A DNA stretch of 64,000 nucleotides from Planctomycetota bacterium (GCA_028289345.1 JANQQL010000018.1:86030-150029); one strand, 5' to 3'; shown: positions 37,481 to 48,157, numbered from the stretch's first letter. Made by a program: numbers and translations. The notes: a model not told the origin generated them from the sequence alone.

Positions 37481-38307
37481 CAGTCGGACCCTTTGCTGGT
37501 GTAAACGAGCGGTTGAATGAACTCCATTCGGGTATCCAAGCGAGCCAGAGATTCGGACTCGCCGATCACCAGGATGCCCCCCGGATTCAGGGATCGTCGC
37601 ACCGCTTCCACCACGGATTCTTGATCGGTCTGATCAAAGTAAATGAGAACGTTTCGAAGCAGCGCAATGTCGAACCGCTCTCGCGGAGTCCCCTGGCGAA
37701 GAAGATTGTGCTGGCGAAAGGTGATGTTCGCGCGAATCGTGGGAGCGACTTCCATCACTTCTTCATCCACCGGACGCAGGTAGTTGCGAAGGAATCCAGG
37801 ACTGGCTTTGCTCAACGCCTCGAGGGTTCGCCCCTGGTACCGGCCCGCCTCGGCCATCGCGAGGACCCCGGCAGAAATGTCCGTGGCGAGGACCGAAAAC
37901 TGAAACCCGCCGTGAGTTCGGCGGAACTCCTCGCCATACATGGCCAGGGTGTAGGCCTCTTCGCCCGTCGAGCATGCCGCGGACCAGATCCGCAATGGAC
38001 GGCTCGGCTCCCTCCTCCAAAACTCGGGAAGGAACTCACTCGCAAAGTAGCTCCAAACCCGCGGAGTCCGGTGAAAGTAGGTTTCATGGGTAGTGACCAA
38101 GTCGATGAACTGGTCCAACTCTCCTCGATCCGACTCGATCAGGTCCCAGTAGTCCGACCACTCAGAGATCTCTCTTGCCCGGAGTCGCCGCTCGAGACGT
38201 CCATGGATCAACGCCCGCTTCTTGGCGCTCATCCGGACCCCCGTGTGCTGGTACACCAACGCCAAGGCTTGCTTTAGGTCCGCATCGCACAACTCGAGAG
38301 TCGTCAT
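37480..38307 (-). CDS. cheR: Chemotaxis protein methyltransferase CheR
   Basis: IWSAACSTGEEAYTLA and VIGESE SAM-MTase motifs. Stop overlaps the cheD start (ATGA). Confidence 0.85.
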   Translation of the reverse strand: MTTLELCDADLKQALALVYQHTGVRMSAKKRALIHGRLERRLRAREISEWSDYWDLIESDRGELDQFIDLVTTHETYFHRTPRVWSYFASEFLPEFWRREPSRPLRIWSAACSTGEEAYTLAMYGEEFRRTHGGFQFSVLATDISAGVLAMAEAGRYQGRTLEALSKASPGFLRNYLRPVDEEVMEVAPTIRANITFRQHNLLRQGTPRERFDIALLRNVLIYFDQTDQESVVEAVRRSLNPGGILVIGESESLARLDTRMEFIQPLVYTSKGSD

Positions 38308-38316
38308 CGGACCGCC

Positions 38317-41013
38317 CTACTCGACCGTCGAACCGGCGAGGTTGGCTTTCAGTTCCTCGGCACCGTCCAGCAGGGCTTTCGTCGATCGAGCGATCGAGTC
38401 ACACGCGCCGGCGGATTTCTCCGTCTCTTCGGCGACATGTTGAATCGCCACGCTCACCTCGGTCGCCGCCGCCTTCTGCTCTTGCGTCGAAAGAGCGATT
38501 TCGGAGATCGCGTTGGTGGTGCGACTCACGCCATCGATGATCTTCTGGAACGCCGTTCCAGCCTCTCGGGAAACCTGGCTTCCGAGCGCCACTCGCTTGG
38601 TCGACTCCGCGATGAGCTTGGAGATCTCATTCGTTGCCTGGGCCGACCGCTCCGCCAGTTTCCGAACCTCGTCCGCGACCACAGAGAAACCGAGTCCATG
38701 CTCGCCGGCTCTCGCCGCCTCGATCGCAGCATTGAAGGCCAACAGATTCGTCTGGGAGGCGATCTCGTTGATCACTTTCACGATCTCTGCAATTTCCTCG
38801 GAGGACTTGTTGATCAACTCCATCGACTCGATCGACTGGTTGATCAACGACGTCCCCGACTCCCCTTCCGACTGGGTCGACTTGGCAAGGTTGTCCGCGT
38901 TCTGAGTATTCTGGGCGATCGCCTGGATCGCTTGGGTCAGCTCTTCGACCGACGCGCTCATTTCTTCCGTCGTGGCACCCAAGGCTTGAGCACCCTGGGC
39001 CACACTCGAGGACCGTGCCGCAATGTCCTTGGAGGAATTCGCGACATCGGTGGCGAGTCCGCTGACCGTGTCCGCCATTTCCTGCCGTTCTCGAACCTCG
39101 CGGGTGATGTCGGTGGCAAACTTGACCACTTTGCATGGGTTGCCATTGGCATCGAAGATCGGGTTGTAGTTGGCCTGAATCCAAACGGGGTCACCGTTCT
39201 TGGCCACTCTTCGGAAGCGGTCAGAGATGGATTCGCCGGAAGCCAATCGGTCCCAGAAGGCGCGGTACTCACTGGACCCCACAAAGTCCTTGTCGCAGAA
39301 CATCCGGTGGTGCTTGCCGACGATTTCGTCCAGAGAGTAACCCAGTGCGTTGAGGAAGTTTTCATTTGCAGTGACGACTTTGCCATCGAGTTCGAACTCG
39401 ATCACTGCTTGAGCGCGGCTGATTCCGTCCAGCTTCCCTTCGAAATCTGCGTTCTTCAGTTTGCGTTCCGTCACGTCGGACGCGAACTTCACCACCTTGA
39501 TCGGCCGCCCATTCATGTCGAAGATCGGATTGTACGTCGCCTGGATCCAGATCTCGCGTCCCCCCTTGCCGACACGCTTGTACTCCCCGGAATGGAACTC
39601 CCCTTTGGCGAGCGACTTCCAGAATTCCGCGTACTCCTCCGAGCGAGCTAGCTCGTCCTCGCAGAACATGCGGTGATGACGACCTCGGATTTCATCGAGG
39701 GTGTATCCCAGGGCCCGAAGGAAGTTGTCGTTCGCGTGAAGAATATTCCCTTCCAGGTCGAACTCGATCACGGCCTGGGCTCTTCCAATCGCACTCACCT
39801 TGCCCTCGAACTCAGCCCCTTGAAGTTTCGCCGCAGTGATGTCGGAAGCGAACTTCACCACCTTGTAAGGCCGACCGTTCATGTCTACGACAGGGTTGTA
39901 GGAGGCATGGATCCAGACGTCCCGGCCATCCTTGGCAACTCGGCGGTACTCACCGCTGTCGTATTCGCCGCGAGCCAGCTTGTCCCAGAATGCCGCATAG
40001 GCACTGGAGCTCGCGTACTCTTCGTCGCAGAAAATCCGGTGATGACGTCCCTGAACCTCCTCCAGCGAATAGCCCAGGGTTTGGAGGAAATTGTCGTTGG
40101 CGGAGAGAATGGTCCCGTCGAGATTGAACTCAATCACCGCCTGAGATCGGTTCAACGCAGACAGTTTGCTGTCGATCTCGGCGCTCGCCAGCTTTGCCTG
40201 GGTGATCTCCGACGCAAACTTGACGACCTTCACTGGGTTCCCACCGAGATCAAGAACGGGGTTGTAGGTCGCCTGGATCCAGACCTCGGTTCCGTCCTTG
40301 GCTCGGCGTGAGAACTCTCCGGAGGCGAACTCTCCCCGCGCCAGCGAGGCCCAGAACTCCTTGTACTCCGCGGACTTGGCATACTCGGGTTCGCAGAAGA
40401 TCCGATGGTGCTTCCCTCGGACCTCCTCCAGCCGGTAGCCAAGCGTGTCGAGAAAGTTCTCATTGGCGTCCAAGACGTGCCCGCTGAGATCAAACTCAAT
40501 CACCGCCTGGGATCGGCCGATGGCCTCGAGCTTTCCCTGACTCTCCGCTGCTTGGAGCTTCGCCTCGGTCACATCCGTCGCAAATTTGACGATCCGACAC
40601 GGCTTGCCGTGATCATCGAGGATCGGGTTGTAGGAAGCGTTGATCCAGATCTCTCGCCCCCCTTTCCCGAAGCGCATGTACTCCCCTTGGTCGAACTCCC
40701 CTCGGCCCAGCTTCTGCCAGAACTCACGGTACTCAGCGCTTGCCACGTAGCCCGGCTCACAGAAGATCCGGTGATGCTTGCCAACGATCTCTTCCAGTGA
40801 GTAGCCGACCGCGTTGAGGAAGTTGTTGTTCGCGTGGAGAATGGTCCCGTTGGGATCGAACTCGATGATTGCCTGGACTCGATTCAGAGCTTCCACGTAG
40901 GCCGAGTCGTCGGCAGCAGCGTTTTCCGGCCTCGCGCCATTCATTGCCTCGACGTAGCCGTTCGTGTCCAGTGATTTCGAAACTTCGTCCCGGTTGTTCT
41001 TCTTGGTTGCCAT
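38317..41013 (-). CDS. Cytoplasmic methyl-accepting chemotaxis protein with five tandem PAS domains
   Basis: Five ~123-aa repeats beginning (R)(S/A)QAVIEFD...HHR(I/M)FC..., followed by a C-terminal MCP signalling domain ([33 protein letters not shown]). No TM segments. Confidence 0.85.
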   Translation of the reverse strand: MATKKNNRDEVSKSLDTNGYVEAMNGARPENAAADDSAYVEALNRVQAIIEFDPNGTILHANNNFLNAVGYSLEEIVGKHHRIFCEPGYVASAEYREFWQKLGRGEFDQGEYMRFGKGGREIWINASYNPILDDHGKPCRIVKFATDVTEAKLQAAESQGKLEAIGRSQAVIEFDLSGHVLDANENFLDTLGYRLEEVRGKHHRIFCEPEYAKSAEYKEFWASLARGEFASGEFSRRAKDGTEVWIQATYNPVLDLGGNPVKVVKFASEITQAKLASAEIDSKLSALNRSQAVIEFNLDGTILSANDNFLQTLGYSLEEVQGRHHRIFCDEEYASSSAYAAFWDKLARGEYDSGEYRRVAKDGRDVWIHASYNPVVDMNGRPYKVVKFASDITAAKLQGAEFEGKVSAIGRAQAVIEFDLEGNILHANDNFLRALGYTLDEIRGRHHRMFCEDELARSEEYAEFWKSLAKGEFHSGEYKRVGKGGREIWIQATYNPIFDMNGRPIKVVKFASDVTERKLKNADFEGKLDGISRAQAVIEFELDGKVVTANENFLNALGYSLDEIVGKHHRMFCDKDFVGSSEYRAFWDRLASGESISDRFRRVAKNGDPVWIQANYNPIFDANGNPCKVVKFATDITREVRERQEMADTVSGLATDVANSSKDIAARSSSVAQGAQALGATTEEMSASVEELTQAIQAIAQNTQNADNLAKSTQSEGESGTSLINQSIESMELINKSSEEIAEIVKVINEIASQTNLLAFNAAIEAARAGEHGLGFSVVADEVRKLAERSAQATNEISKLIAESTKRVALGSQVSREAGTAFQKIIDGVSRTTNAISEIALSTQEQKAAATEVSVAIQHVAEETEKSAGACDSIARSTKALLDGAEELKANLAGSTVE
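39040..40884 (-). repeat. Five tandem ~369-bp coding repeats (PAS-domain units) inside the MCP gene
   Basis: Recurrent nucleotide blocks of the form cttcaccaccttg...ccgttcatgtc...gggttgta..gc.tggatccaga at a ~369-bp period, corresponding to the five PAS units. Confidence 0.6.
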
Positions 41014-41193
41014 TCTCTGTCACCCGTGATTGATGAAAAAGTCGTGCAAACCGAATCGGACGCTCCGCAGACAGGCTTGAAGGTTTCGAGGTGAAAACCT
41101 GTCCCGGCAATTTTGTCGTTGGGGGTCCTTCCTCAGGTGTTTCCCCCAACAGAAAGCTGCCCACGAAGCGCGCGCGAAGGTAACCTGCGTTCC

Positions 41194-41934
41194 ATGATCG
41201 TGACCCACAAGCTGACCCGCAGATTCGGAGCATCGGAGGCGGTGACCGATCTGAATCTTTCGGTTTCAGCGGGAGAGATCTACGGGTTCCTGGGTCCCAA
41301 CGGTGCTGGCAAGACGACCACCATCCGAATGCTGTGCGGGTTGCTACGGCCCAGCAGCGGCCGCATCGAGATCAACGGCGTTGACTTGGTGTCGCGACCC
41401 GCAGAAGTTCGCGCGATCACCGGCCTGGTGCCGGACACTCCGCCGATCTACGAATATCTCTCGGGCCGCGAGTACATCGGATTCGTGGCAAGCCTGTACG
41501 GGATCGATCCACGAAGAAGGGACGAGCTTGCGGAGCACTACCTCGAGGCATTCGACCTGGCCCACCGTGCCGACGAACTCTGCAAGAGCTACTCCCACGG
41601 AATGCGCAAAAAGATCCACATCGCCGCGGTACTCGTCACCTCTCCCCGGGTCCTGTTTCTCGACGAGCCGACCAATGGACTCGATCCCGCGAGCGCGCGC
41701 AAGCTGAAGGACGTCTTGGCAGTGGTTCGAGACGGCGGAACGGCGGTTTTTCTGAGCACCCATCTCCTCGACACCGCGGAAGAAGTCTGTGACCGGGTCG
41801 GGATCCTGACCGCGGGGAAGCTGCGCGCCGAAGGCACGATGTCCGAGTTGCGCGATGGCGGCGATGCGTCGCTCGAAGAGATCTTCCTCCAGTTGACGGA
41901 AGGTCCCGGCATTGATGCCAATGCTGCGAAGTGA
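41194..41934 (+). CDS. ABC transporter ATP-binding protein
   Basis: Walker A GPNGAGKTT. ABC signature YSHGMRKK. Walker B LFLDEPTNGLD. Start at MIVTHK, which is internal to the track ORF. Confidence 0.85.
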   Translation: MIVTHKLTRRFGASEAVTDLNLSVSAGEIYGFLGPNGAGKTTTIRMLCGLLRPSSGRIEINGVDLVSRPAEVRAITGLVPDTPPIYEYLSGREYIGFVASLYGIDPRRRDELAEHYLEAFDLAHRADELCKSYSHGMRKKIHIAAVLVTSPRVLFLDEPTNGLDPASARKLKDVLAVVRDGGTAVFLSTHLLDTAEEVCDRVGILTAGKLRAEGTMSELRDGGDASLEEIFLQLTEGPGIDANAAK

Positions 41935-43573
41935 CCTTCAGACCCTCAAGAATCTGGTCTCCACCCGCGAGGGTCGGAGCGTGCTCCTTGGGCAAGCGAT
42001 CGTCACCACCTGCGTCGTGGTCGGCTCCGTTGCACTGACCGGCGGTGTGCTTCTGGATGAGAAACTGCTGGACGCAGTACGCAATGATACGACCGGCGAG
42101 ATGGCTCACTTCTGCTACGCGACCGCATTGGTGCTTCCCATCTTGGTGGTTTTGGGAATGGGCTTCGCAGGATCCAACAACGAACTCTTTCAGGCCCCGC
42201 AACTCCCCACCCTCCTCAGCGCACCCATCAGCAGCTTCGCCATCGTGGGACGGTCTTTTCTGCGCATGGGAATGGGCTGCACGATGTTTTCTTTGGCGAT
42301 CACGATCCCTCCCATTCTGGGCTTGGCAGCACGCACAGAGCTTCCGGCAACCCCTGTGCTCATGGCCCCGGTCGCGGTGGCATTGCTCGTCGCACCAACT
42401 CTCGCGGCTCAATGCCTACTGAAAGTGGTGTTCGTTCGCTGGTGCTCCGGACTTCGAGTGCGACAGATCTTCCTACTCCTCAACGTCTTGTTTCTCACCG
42501 GACTGACGCTGTTGGCCGGGTTCGGTCTCGTCAAGGGATCGGATTTGGCGGCGCGGCTGACCGAGGTCATGCAGAACGCGCGCAGCCTCCCATGGTACCT
42601 GGACGCTCCTGCGGGCTTGTTGTCATGGAGCGCGGGCTTGGCAGCCACCGAAGACCTGGCCAGAAGGAGCGTTGGGCTGGCAACGATTGCGGTGGGGCTC
42701 TTGGGATTCACCGCCTTTCTCTACCGAGCCGCCGTTGAGGCCTTCTGGGTGGCGGGGACCGCAACCCCTCCGGCCAAAACTCTCTCGGGCCCACGCGCCT
42801 GGCCCGGCCGCCCGCTTCCTTCTCTCTTGAAGAAGACGTTCCTTGAATCACTCCGTGTCCGGTCGAACGTGATTGGGTACGGGTTGATCGCGTTCCTCAT
42901 GGTTCTGACCCTGTCGGTCAGCGGGGAGGTTCAGCCTCACGAACTCGACCGGACCCCGCGAGTTCTGAGTGAGCTATTCCACGTCTGGCTCCCATGGCAT
43001 GGACTGATCCTGCTCATCTCCTGCATCTCTTTCCTCGCCGTCATTGGCGAGGAACAGAAGCAGATCGCTCTCCTCGCCATGGCGCCCGTATCGCGCCGGC
43101 TCCTGCTCTGGAGCAAGATCCTCTCCGTCGCCGCCCCTTTCTTGGCCTGCGCCGCCATTGTCCTGGTGGCTTCCTCCCCACTGCAGGCAACCTCCTGGAG
43201 CGCACTTGGGCTCTTTGCACTCGTTTCCCTCCCCATCGTGCTCTTCACCCTCGGCCTGCTCGCGATGGTGGGAACCTGGCCGGCGTTCACCCAGATCCAT
43301 CGCGACGTTCCCCTGGCCAGCAACCTGCGCTCGGTCATTCCTGTCCTGGTGATTGGGGGAACGATGTCCGGAGCAATGCTCGGCCTGATCAAGATCAAGT
43401 ATGCGCTGAAGGGCTGCTACAACGGACACGGGTGGTTGTCAGGGATGGACCCAACCCAGGCCGGGATAACCATCCTCGCACTCCTGTGGGTGATCGGTGG
43501 CCTGTCATTTGCCCTTTTCTGCCGACTGGGACGACGCAACTTGGACCAACTTCTGGGCCCTCAATCGAGTTAG
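41912..43573 (+). CDS. Putative ABC-2-type permease-like polytopic membrane protein
   Basis: Overlaps the ATPase stop by 23 nt. More than 12 hydrophobic segments. No recognisable family motif. Confidence 0.55.
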   Translation: MMPMLRSDLQTLKNLVSTREGRSVLLGQAIVTTCVVVGSVALTGGVLLDEKLLDAVRNDTTGEMAHFCYATALVLPILVVLGMGFAGSNNELFQAPQLPTLLSAPISSFAIVGRSFLRMGMGCTMFSLAITIPPILGLAARTELPATPVLMAPVAVALLVAPTLAAQCLLKVVFVRWCSGLRVRQIFLLLNVLFLTGLTLLAGFGLVKGSDLAARLTEVMQNARSLPWYLDAPAGLLSWSAGLAATEDLARRSVGLATIAVGLLGFTAFLYRAAVEAFWVAGTATPPAKTLSGPRAWPGRPLPSLLKKTFLESLRVRSNVIGYGLIAFLMVLTLSVSGEVQPHELDRTPRVLSELFHVWLPWHGLILLISCISFLAVIGEEQKQIALLAMAPVSRRLLLWSKILSVAAPFLACAAIVLVASSPLQATSWSALGLFALVSLPIVLFTLGLLAMVGTWPAFTQIHRDVPLASNLRSVIPVLVIGGTMSGAMLGLIKIKYALKGCYNGHGWLSGMDPTQAGITILALLWVIGGLSFALFCRLGRRNLDQLLGPQSS

Positions 43574-43785
43574 GAGCCGCGGCACGGGACCCTCGGCTGC
43601 CCCTCGAGCGGGGCCCCCCAAGACAAGCGCGTGACGAGGGACCGGCACAACGCGGAGACACCGCTCCTCCCGGTAGTCTCAATGAGTCGGCCCGCCGGCC
43701 CGTAGCACGCGGACCCGAGGATCCGCCGTGACCTGTCGTAATCGACTTTTAGAAAATAACTTATGCCTGCAATGAAGGCGCAGGC

Positions 43786-43814
43786 TTGAGCATGCAAGAG
43801 AGTTCGTAGATAAT
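43786..43814 (+). promoter_or_regulatory. Putative sigma70-type promoter (TTGAGC-17 nt-GATAAT) with AT-rich upstream tract
   Basis: Located in an unusually AT-rich 450-nt intergenic region. Good -35/-10 match with 17-nt spacing. Would produce a ~210-nt leader ahead of the 44032 gene. Confidence 0.35.
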
Positions 43815-44031
43815 GAGACTCAACTTCATAAACACCCTGCTATGCTCGCGTGGGACGGTTGACGGAGAGCCAAGGCTCAGGCAAACGCCAGGGAGCTGAC
43901 AACCTCGGCCGAGTCCTCGCTCCTAGGATTCGTGTCTCGGAGCGAGGGGGCGGCACCAACGAAGCCACGCCTGCACCGCGAAATGGCAACTGAAATCGAA
44001 ACCCCTGTCGATCAACGAAGAGGAGAAATGT

Positions 44032-45669
44032 GTGGTCCGTACCCTAGTGCTGTCGCTGCTCACGATCGCGTGCGCTTCTGGAGTCGCTCAAGGACACTAC
44101 ATCTGGTTGCTCGGCGACGACAAAGCGCCCGCGGTTCACGTCGGATTCTCTGAGGATGGCGACATCGGAGACCTGTCCTTTTTGGCTGACGTCGACCTGG
44201 GAACCCTTCGCTGTCTTTCCACCCACGGAAAGCTGACCGAACTCTCGCTCACCGAGAAAGACTCATCGCTCGTTGCTGCCTGTCCCGACAGCCAAGGCGT
44301 GTTTGCCGCTCTGGGGGAAATCACCTTCGGAACCCTGACACGCGGCGACTCAACGTTTCTGCTGAAGTACTGGCCCAAGACCGTTTGCGGAAGCAGCCAG
44401 GAGTGGAGCAAGCTTCCTCGTGCCGCCGAGCAGCGTTTCGAGTTATTGCCGCGAGTGAGCGGCAACCAGCTCATTGTCCAGGCGGTTTGGGAAGGGAAAC
44501 CGCTTGCGGGCGCGGAGGTCAAGGTCCGTGGTGCTGCCCCGAGCATGGAGTCAATCACCGATGGGAATGGTGAAGTGTCCATCCCCTTTACCAAAGACGG
44601 TCGCTACGCGATTCGCGCACGCCATGTGGAAGATGCGTCCGGCGTGCACGGCGAGGAAGAGTACAGTGACACTCGCCACTACAGCACGCTCACCGTGGAG
44701 CGATCACACACCTCGCCAGTTTCCGAAATGGCTCAAGGACCAACCACGTTTGCTCCCCTCCCGGAAGCAATCACGAGTTTCGGTGCAGCGGTCTGTGATG
44801 GATGGCTGTACGTCTACGGTGGGCACAAGGGCCAACCGCATCGGTACCTGAAGGAAGACCAATCGAACGCATTCCAGCGACTCGATCTGAGCGACGCCGC
44901 GCAATGGGAGCCTCTTCCTTCGGGCCCGCGACTTCAGGGCCTGGCTCTGGTCTCCCACCAGGGAAAGCTCTATCGCGTCGGCGGGTTCACGGCCATGAAC
45001 GAAACCGAAGAAGACGAGAACCTGGAGTCCCAGTCAGAATTCGCGCGCTATGACCCGGAGCGAGGTGTTTGGGAAGACCTCCCGCCGATGCCAACGGGAC
45101 GGTCCTCCTTTGACGCCACGGTCATGGGGAATCACTTGTTCGTGGTCGGCGGCTGGAACATGCACGAGGGGGAAACCAGTTGGCTGGATTCGGCTCTCGT
45201 TGTCGACCTGGCCGAGAGTCCGCTGCAGTGGCAAGAACTTCCCAAGCCGCCTTTCCTTCATCGCGCGCTGGCGGTGACTGCATGCAATGGGGTGGTCTAT
45301 GCCATTGGCGGGATGACCCAAAATGGCCCCACCACCGCGGTCTACAGTTTTGACACCAACAGCGAGGTCTGGTCCGAGGAGCCCGACTTGCCAGACTCCG
45401 GGGAACTGGCTGGATTCGGCTCTGCCGCTTGCACAATCAACGACGACGTGTTCGTGACCGCTTACGATGGAGTGCTCCGGAAACTCAGGGCCGATCGCTC
45501 GGGTTGGGACGAAGTTTACGAGATGCCCACGGGACGGTTCTTCCACCAGATGCTTGCGCTGGATTCGCAGAACCTGTTGGTCGTCGCCGGAGCGAACATG
45601 AGTACTGGGTCTTTCGACGATCTGATCTTGGTCCCGACCCAGGCTGACAACAGGGTATCGACGGAATAG
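44032..45669 (+). CDS. Secreted fusion protein: N-terminal DUF4198-like domain plus C-terminal Kelch-repeat beta-propeller
   Basis: GTG start with GAGGAG 6 nt upstream. Signal peptide. The HYIWL...LKYWPK region resembles DUF4198. C-terminal Kelch blades (WLYVYGG, KLYRVGG, HLFVVGG, VVYAIGG). Confidence 0.7.
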   Translation: MVRTLVLSLLTIACASGVAQGHYIWLLGDDKAPAVHVGFSEDGDIGDLSFLADVDLGTLRCLSTHGKLTELSLTEKDSSLVAACPDSQGVFAALGEITFGTLTRGDSTFLLKYWPKTVCGSSQEWSKLPRAAEQRFELLPRVSGNQLIVQAVWEGKPLAGAEVKVRGAAPSMESITDGNGEVSIPFTKDGRYAIRARHVEDASGVHGEEEYSDTRHYSTLTVERSHTSPVSEMAQGPTTFAPLPEAITSFGAAVCDGWLYVYGGHKGQPHRYLKEDQSNAFQRLDLSDAAQWEPLPSGPRLQGLALVSHQGKLYRVGGFTAMNETEEDENLESQSEFARYDPERGVWEDLPPMPTGRSSFDATVMGNHLFVVGGWNMHEGETSWLDSALVVDLAESPLQWQELPKPPFLHRALAVTACNGVVYAIGGMTQNGPTTAVYSFDTNSEVWSEEPDLPDSGELAGFGSAACTINDDVFVTAYDGVLRKLRADRSGWDEVYEMPTGRFFHQMLALDSQNLLVVAGANMSTGSFDDLILVPTQADNRVSTE

Positions 45670-45693
45670 GCAACCATCACGATCGTCACACCT

Positions 45694-45729
45694 CCGTCCC
45701 CGGTGTGCAAACCACCGGGGACGGTTTTG
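45694..45729 (+). terminator. Rho-independent terminator (12-bp GC-rich stem, 7-nt loop, TTTTG tail)
   Basis: ccgtccccggtg-tgcaaac-caccggggacgg followed by ttttg, 25 nt after the stop at 45669. Confidence 0.55.
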
Positions 45730-45979
45730 CATTGTCCCTCGATCTCATCGCGAGTGGGCGCAACGGGAAAGCTCCATCAGAGAACGAATGACGCCTTCTC
45801 CGTTCTCGGGATCGCTCATTCGGCAGTCTTCATCGGTGGAAGACCAACGTCGGTCACTCCGCCGCAGCCCGGTCGATCTTCGAGCAAAGGCTTGCCAGCA
45901 CGCCCTGCCAGGCGGCGTGAAAGTATGCTCGGACCTTCTTCCATTCCTCCGCGTGCTGGGGAGATTGGTCCGCTCGCTC

Positions 45980-46414
45980 CTAGAACCCGAAATGCCGAAA
46001 CCGAAGCCGAGTTTGATCCGCCCCGTGGTCGAAGAACTGAATGACGACCCAAGTGTGACGCGGCCGAGCATGAGCAAAGTGCATGGGCGCGTTCCAGTCG
46101 AAGGAGAGCATCTCCCCCGGTACATAGCTCAACACCCTGCAAGTGTCGGCACCCCGTTGTCCCTCGGGGTTGTCCGGCAAGAAGTAGATCTGGTAAGGGC
46201 CGCCAATTTCGAGTTCGACGCGGCAGTCGGGAGCGAAGAAACGTCGCACGCCGGCATCGGTCGTCCACGCCTGGAACACATCGCCGCGCGGAGCATCGAC
46301 CAGCGCTTCGAACTCGAGGACCGCGAGGGGCTGATCCACACCGGATCGGTCCCGGACGGGTTCGCCCGGGATTCCCGCCAAAGTCGTCATCGCAAGTAGC
46401 AAGCACCCATGCAT
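45980..46414 (-). CDS. SRPBCC / AHSA1-like (Activator of Hsp90 ATPase homologue) domain protein, secreted
   Basis: Signal peptide MHGCLLLAMTTLAG. VFQAWTTDAGVRRFFAP...CRVLSYVPGEMLSFDWNAP matches the AHSA1/START-like fold. Confidence 0.5.
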   Translation of the reverse strand: MHGCLLLAMTTLAGIPGEPVRDRSGVDQPLAVLEFEALVDAPRGDVFQAWTTDAGVRRFFAPDCRVELEIGGPYQIYFLPDNPEGQRGADTCRVLSYVPGEMLSFDWNAPMHFAHARPRHTWVVIQFFDHGADQTRLRFRHFGF

Positions 46415-46558
46415 GGGATTCTCCCGAGTCGGAGTTGCAGAAACGGAGTGAGCGATCCTTCTGAACGCCTGCTTCGAGCCTCACCGGCTCCTCGTCTCGA
46501 CGAATCTCGGAGATTTTGGTGGGACCGGACAACGGGCGAGGAAACCGTCAGGCTGCCC

Positions 46559-48157
46559 CTACGCGGGGGGATACGCCAGCTCGCCCTGTTCGAGGCACTG
46601 CCACAAAATCCGGTCGAGAACCGCCGCGGGATCGGGAGACTCCGACACCGCAACCACCATCTCCGCGGGCAGCTCCCGGGGAGCCTCGAACTCACGGCTC
46701 AACTGCTGAAAGACTCGAAAGTCCGCGTCAGAAGGCTCCTCCGAATCGGTCCTTCGGTCACGCAGCCGTGCTTTCACCACCGACTCCGAGGCGTCACAAT
46801 GCACGACCAGGAACCGGGCGCTGGTTCCTTGCGCGATCTCTCGGAACGCCTCTCTCTGGCTCGCAAGGGTGCAAGCAGCATCGACCACCACCGTTTGGCC
46901 CTGATGCAATCGCTCCTTCGCTTGTCGACATAGATCCGCATAGACGGCCGTCGACATCTGCTTGCTGTACAGGCGATCGGACTGAGTGTGATCGGTGGGT
47001 CGGATCCCCACGAGCTGCTTGCGCCGGAGATCGCTGCGCAGGATCGGGGCCCCGAGAAGAGCGGAAAGCCGCTGAGAGATCCAGCTCTTGCCCGTTCCCG
47101 GAAGACCACACATCACGATCAACGTCGGGCCCAGGAGAGACGATGCGGCGAGTCGTTGGTAGCGACGTAGCTCGCCGACAGCTTCCCTGGCGGCTTCGCC
47201 GGAGCTGCTCTGAACTCGAATCGCGGCGACCAGTGCGCGAACACAGGCACGGTAGACCTTGTAGAACCCGAGAACCTTGTCGAGCTCCCGATCCCCACTG
47301 TCCTGACGGTAAGCCCTCACCAGCTCGCGAGCAAAATCCCACGCGCCTCTCGACTCCAGATCCATGGCGAGGAAAGCAAGGTCCGAAGCAACATCGCAGC
47401 AACGCAAGGATGGGCTGAACTCCAGACAGTCGTAGATGAAAAGCTGGTCCCCCGCCACGCACACATTCTGCGCGTGCAGGTCGCCATGCCCATCGCGAAC
47501 TCTCCTTTCCCGATGGCGTCGTCGCAAGAGTTCGCCGTGGTCCTGGAGGAAGCGGACGTCCGCCCGACGAATCCCCTCCCAAATGCGAGCCGTGGCTCCA
47601 CTCTCGTTGCGAGCCAAGAGTCGATCGACGGTCTCCAAGACGACTCGCTCCACCGCCTCGAGAGTGCCGTGACGGGCGACCTCGGGTCCCGACGAAGCCG
47701 TCCGATGAAACTCGACCAGCACCCGACTCAAACGACCAGAAAGGGATGGCTCGACCTCCCCCCGCTCGAGGAGCTGATCGAGCATCCCATCGGCGGGAAG
47801 TCGATGCATCTCGACGGCGAACTCGATGGGTTCCCCCCCTCCGTCCACCCGGATCCTCCCTTGCGAGTCGCGAGTGATCGCCACCACTCCCCGGTAGACC
47901 GGAGCCGCAAGCCGGCGATTGAGGCGAACCTCCTCCTCGCAAAAGTGACGTCGTTGGGAAAGGGTCCGGAAGTCCACGAAACCCAAGTCCACCGGTTTCT
48001 TGAACTTGTAGACCCGCTCACCGACGAACGCGAGGTGCGAGATATGGGTTTCCCGGAACTCCAAGTCCGACCACGAAACCCCGCCTCCGACATGATCGAT
48101 CAACGCCTTTCGAAAGTCTCTGGAAAGGCAAGGGGACTCTCGTTCTGCGGCGATCAC
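46559..48157 (-). CDS. Bifunctional aminoglycoside-phosphotransferase-like kinase / P-loop (AAA-type) kinase fusion
   Basis: N-terminal APH/protein-kinase-like region (HGDLHAQNV catalytic loop, YDCLEF). C-terminal P-loop VMCGLPGTGKS. Start overlaps the DUF4404 stop. Confidence 0.7.
   Translation of the reverse strand: MIAAERESPCLSRDFRKALIDHVGGGVSWSDLEFRETHISHLAFVGERVYKFKKPVDLGFVDFRTLSQRRHFCEEEVRLNRRLAAPVYRGVVAITRDSQGRIRVDGGGEPIEFAVEMHRLPADGMLDQLLERGEVEPSLSGRLSRVLVEFHRTASSGPEVARHGTLEAVERVVLETVDRLLARNESGATARIWEGIRRADVRFLQDHGELLRRRHRERRVRDGHGDLHAQNVCVAGDQLFIYDCLEFSPSLRCCDVASDLAFLAMDLESRGAWDFARELVRAYRQDSGDRELDKVLGFYKVYRACVRALVAAIRVQSSSGEAAREAVGELRRYQRLAASSLLGPTLIVMCGLPGTGKSWISQRLSALLGAPILRSDLRRKQLVGIRPTDHTQSDRLYSKQMSTAVYADLCRQAKERLHQGQTVVVDAACTLASQREAFREIAQGTSARFLVVHCDASESVVKARLRDRRTDSEEPSDADFRVFQQLSREFEAPRELPAEMVVAVSESPDPAAVLDRILWQCLEQGELAYPPA

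Noticed and set aside
41013-41194. Possible sigma54 (TGGCAC-N5-TTGC) promoter for the chemotaxis operon
   Set aside because: Only a weak partial match (GTTTGCACG) is present, and the spacing does not fit.
46794-47942. 382-aa minus-strand ORF in alternate frame
   Set aside because: Alternate frame inside the bifunctional kinase gene. Arg/Gly-rich.
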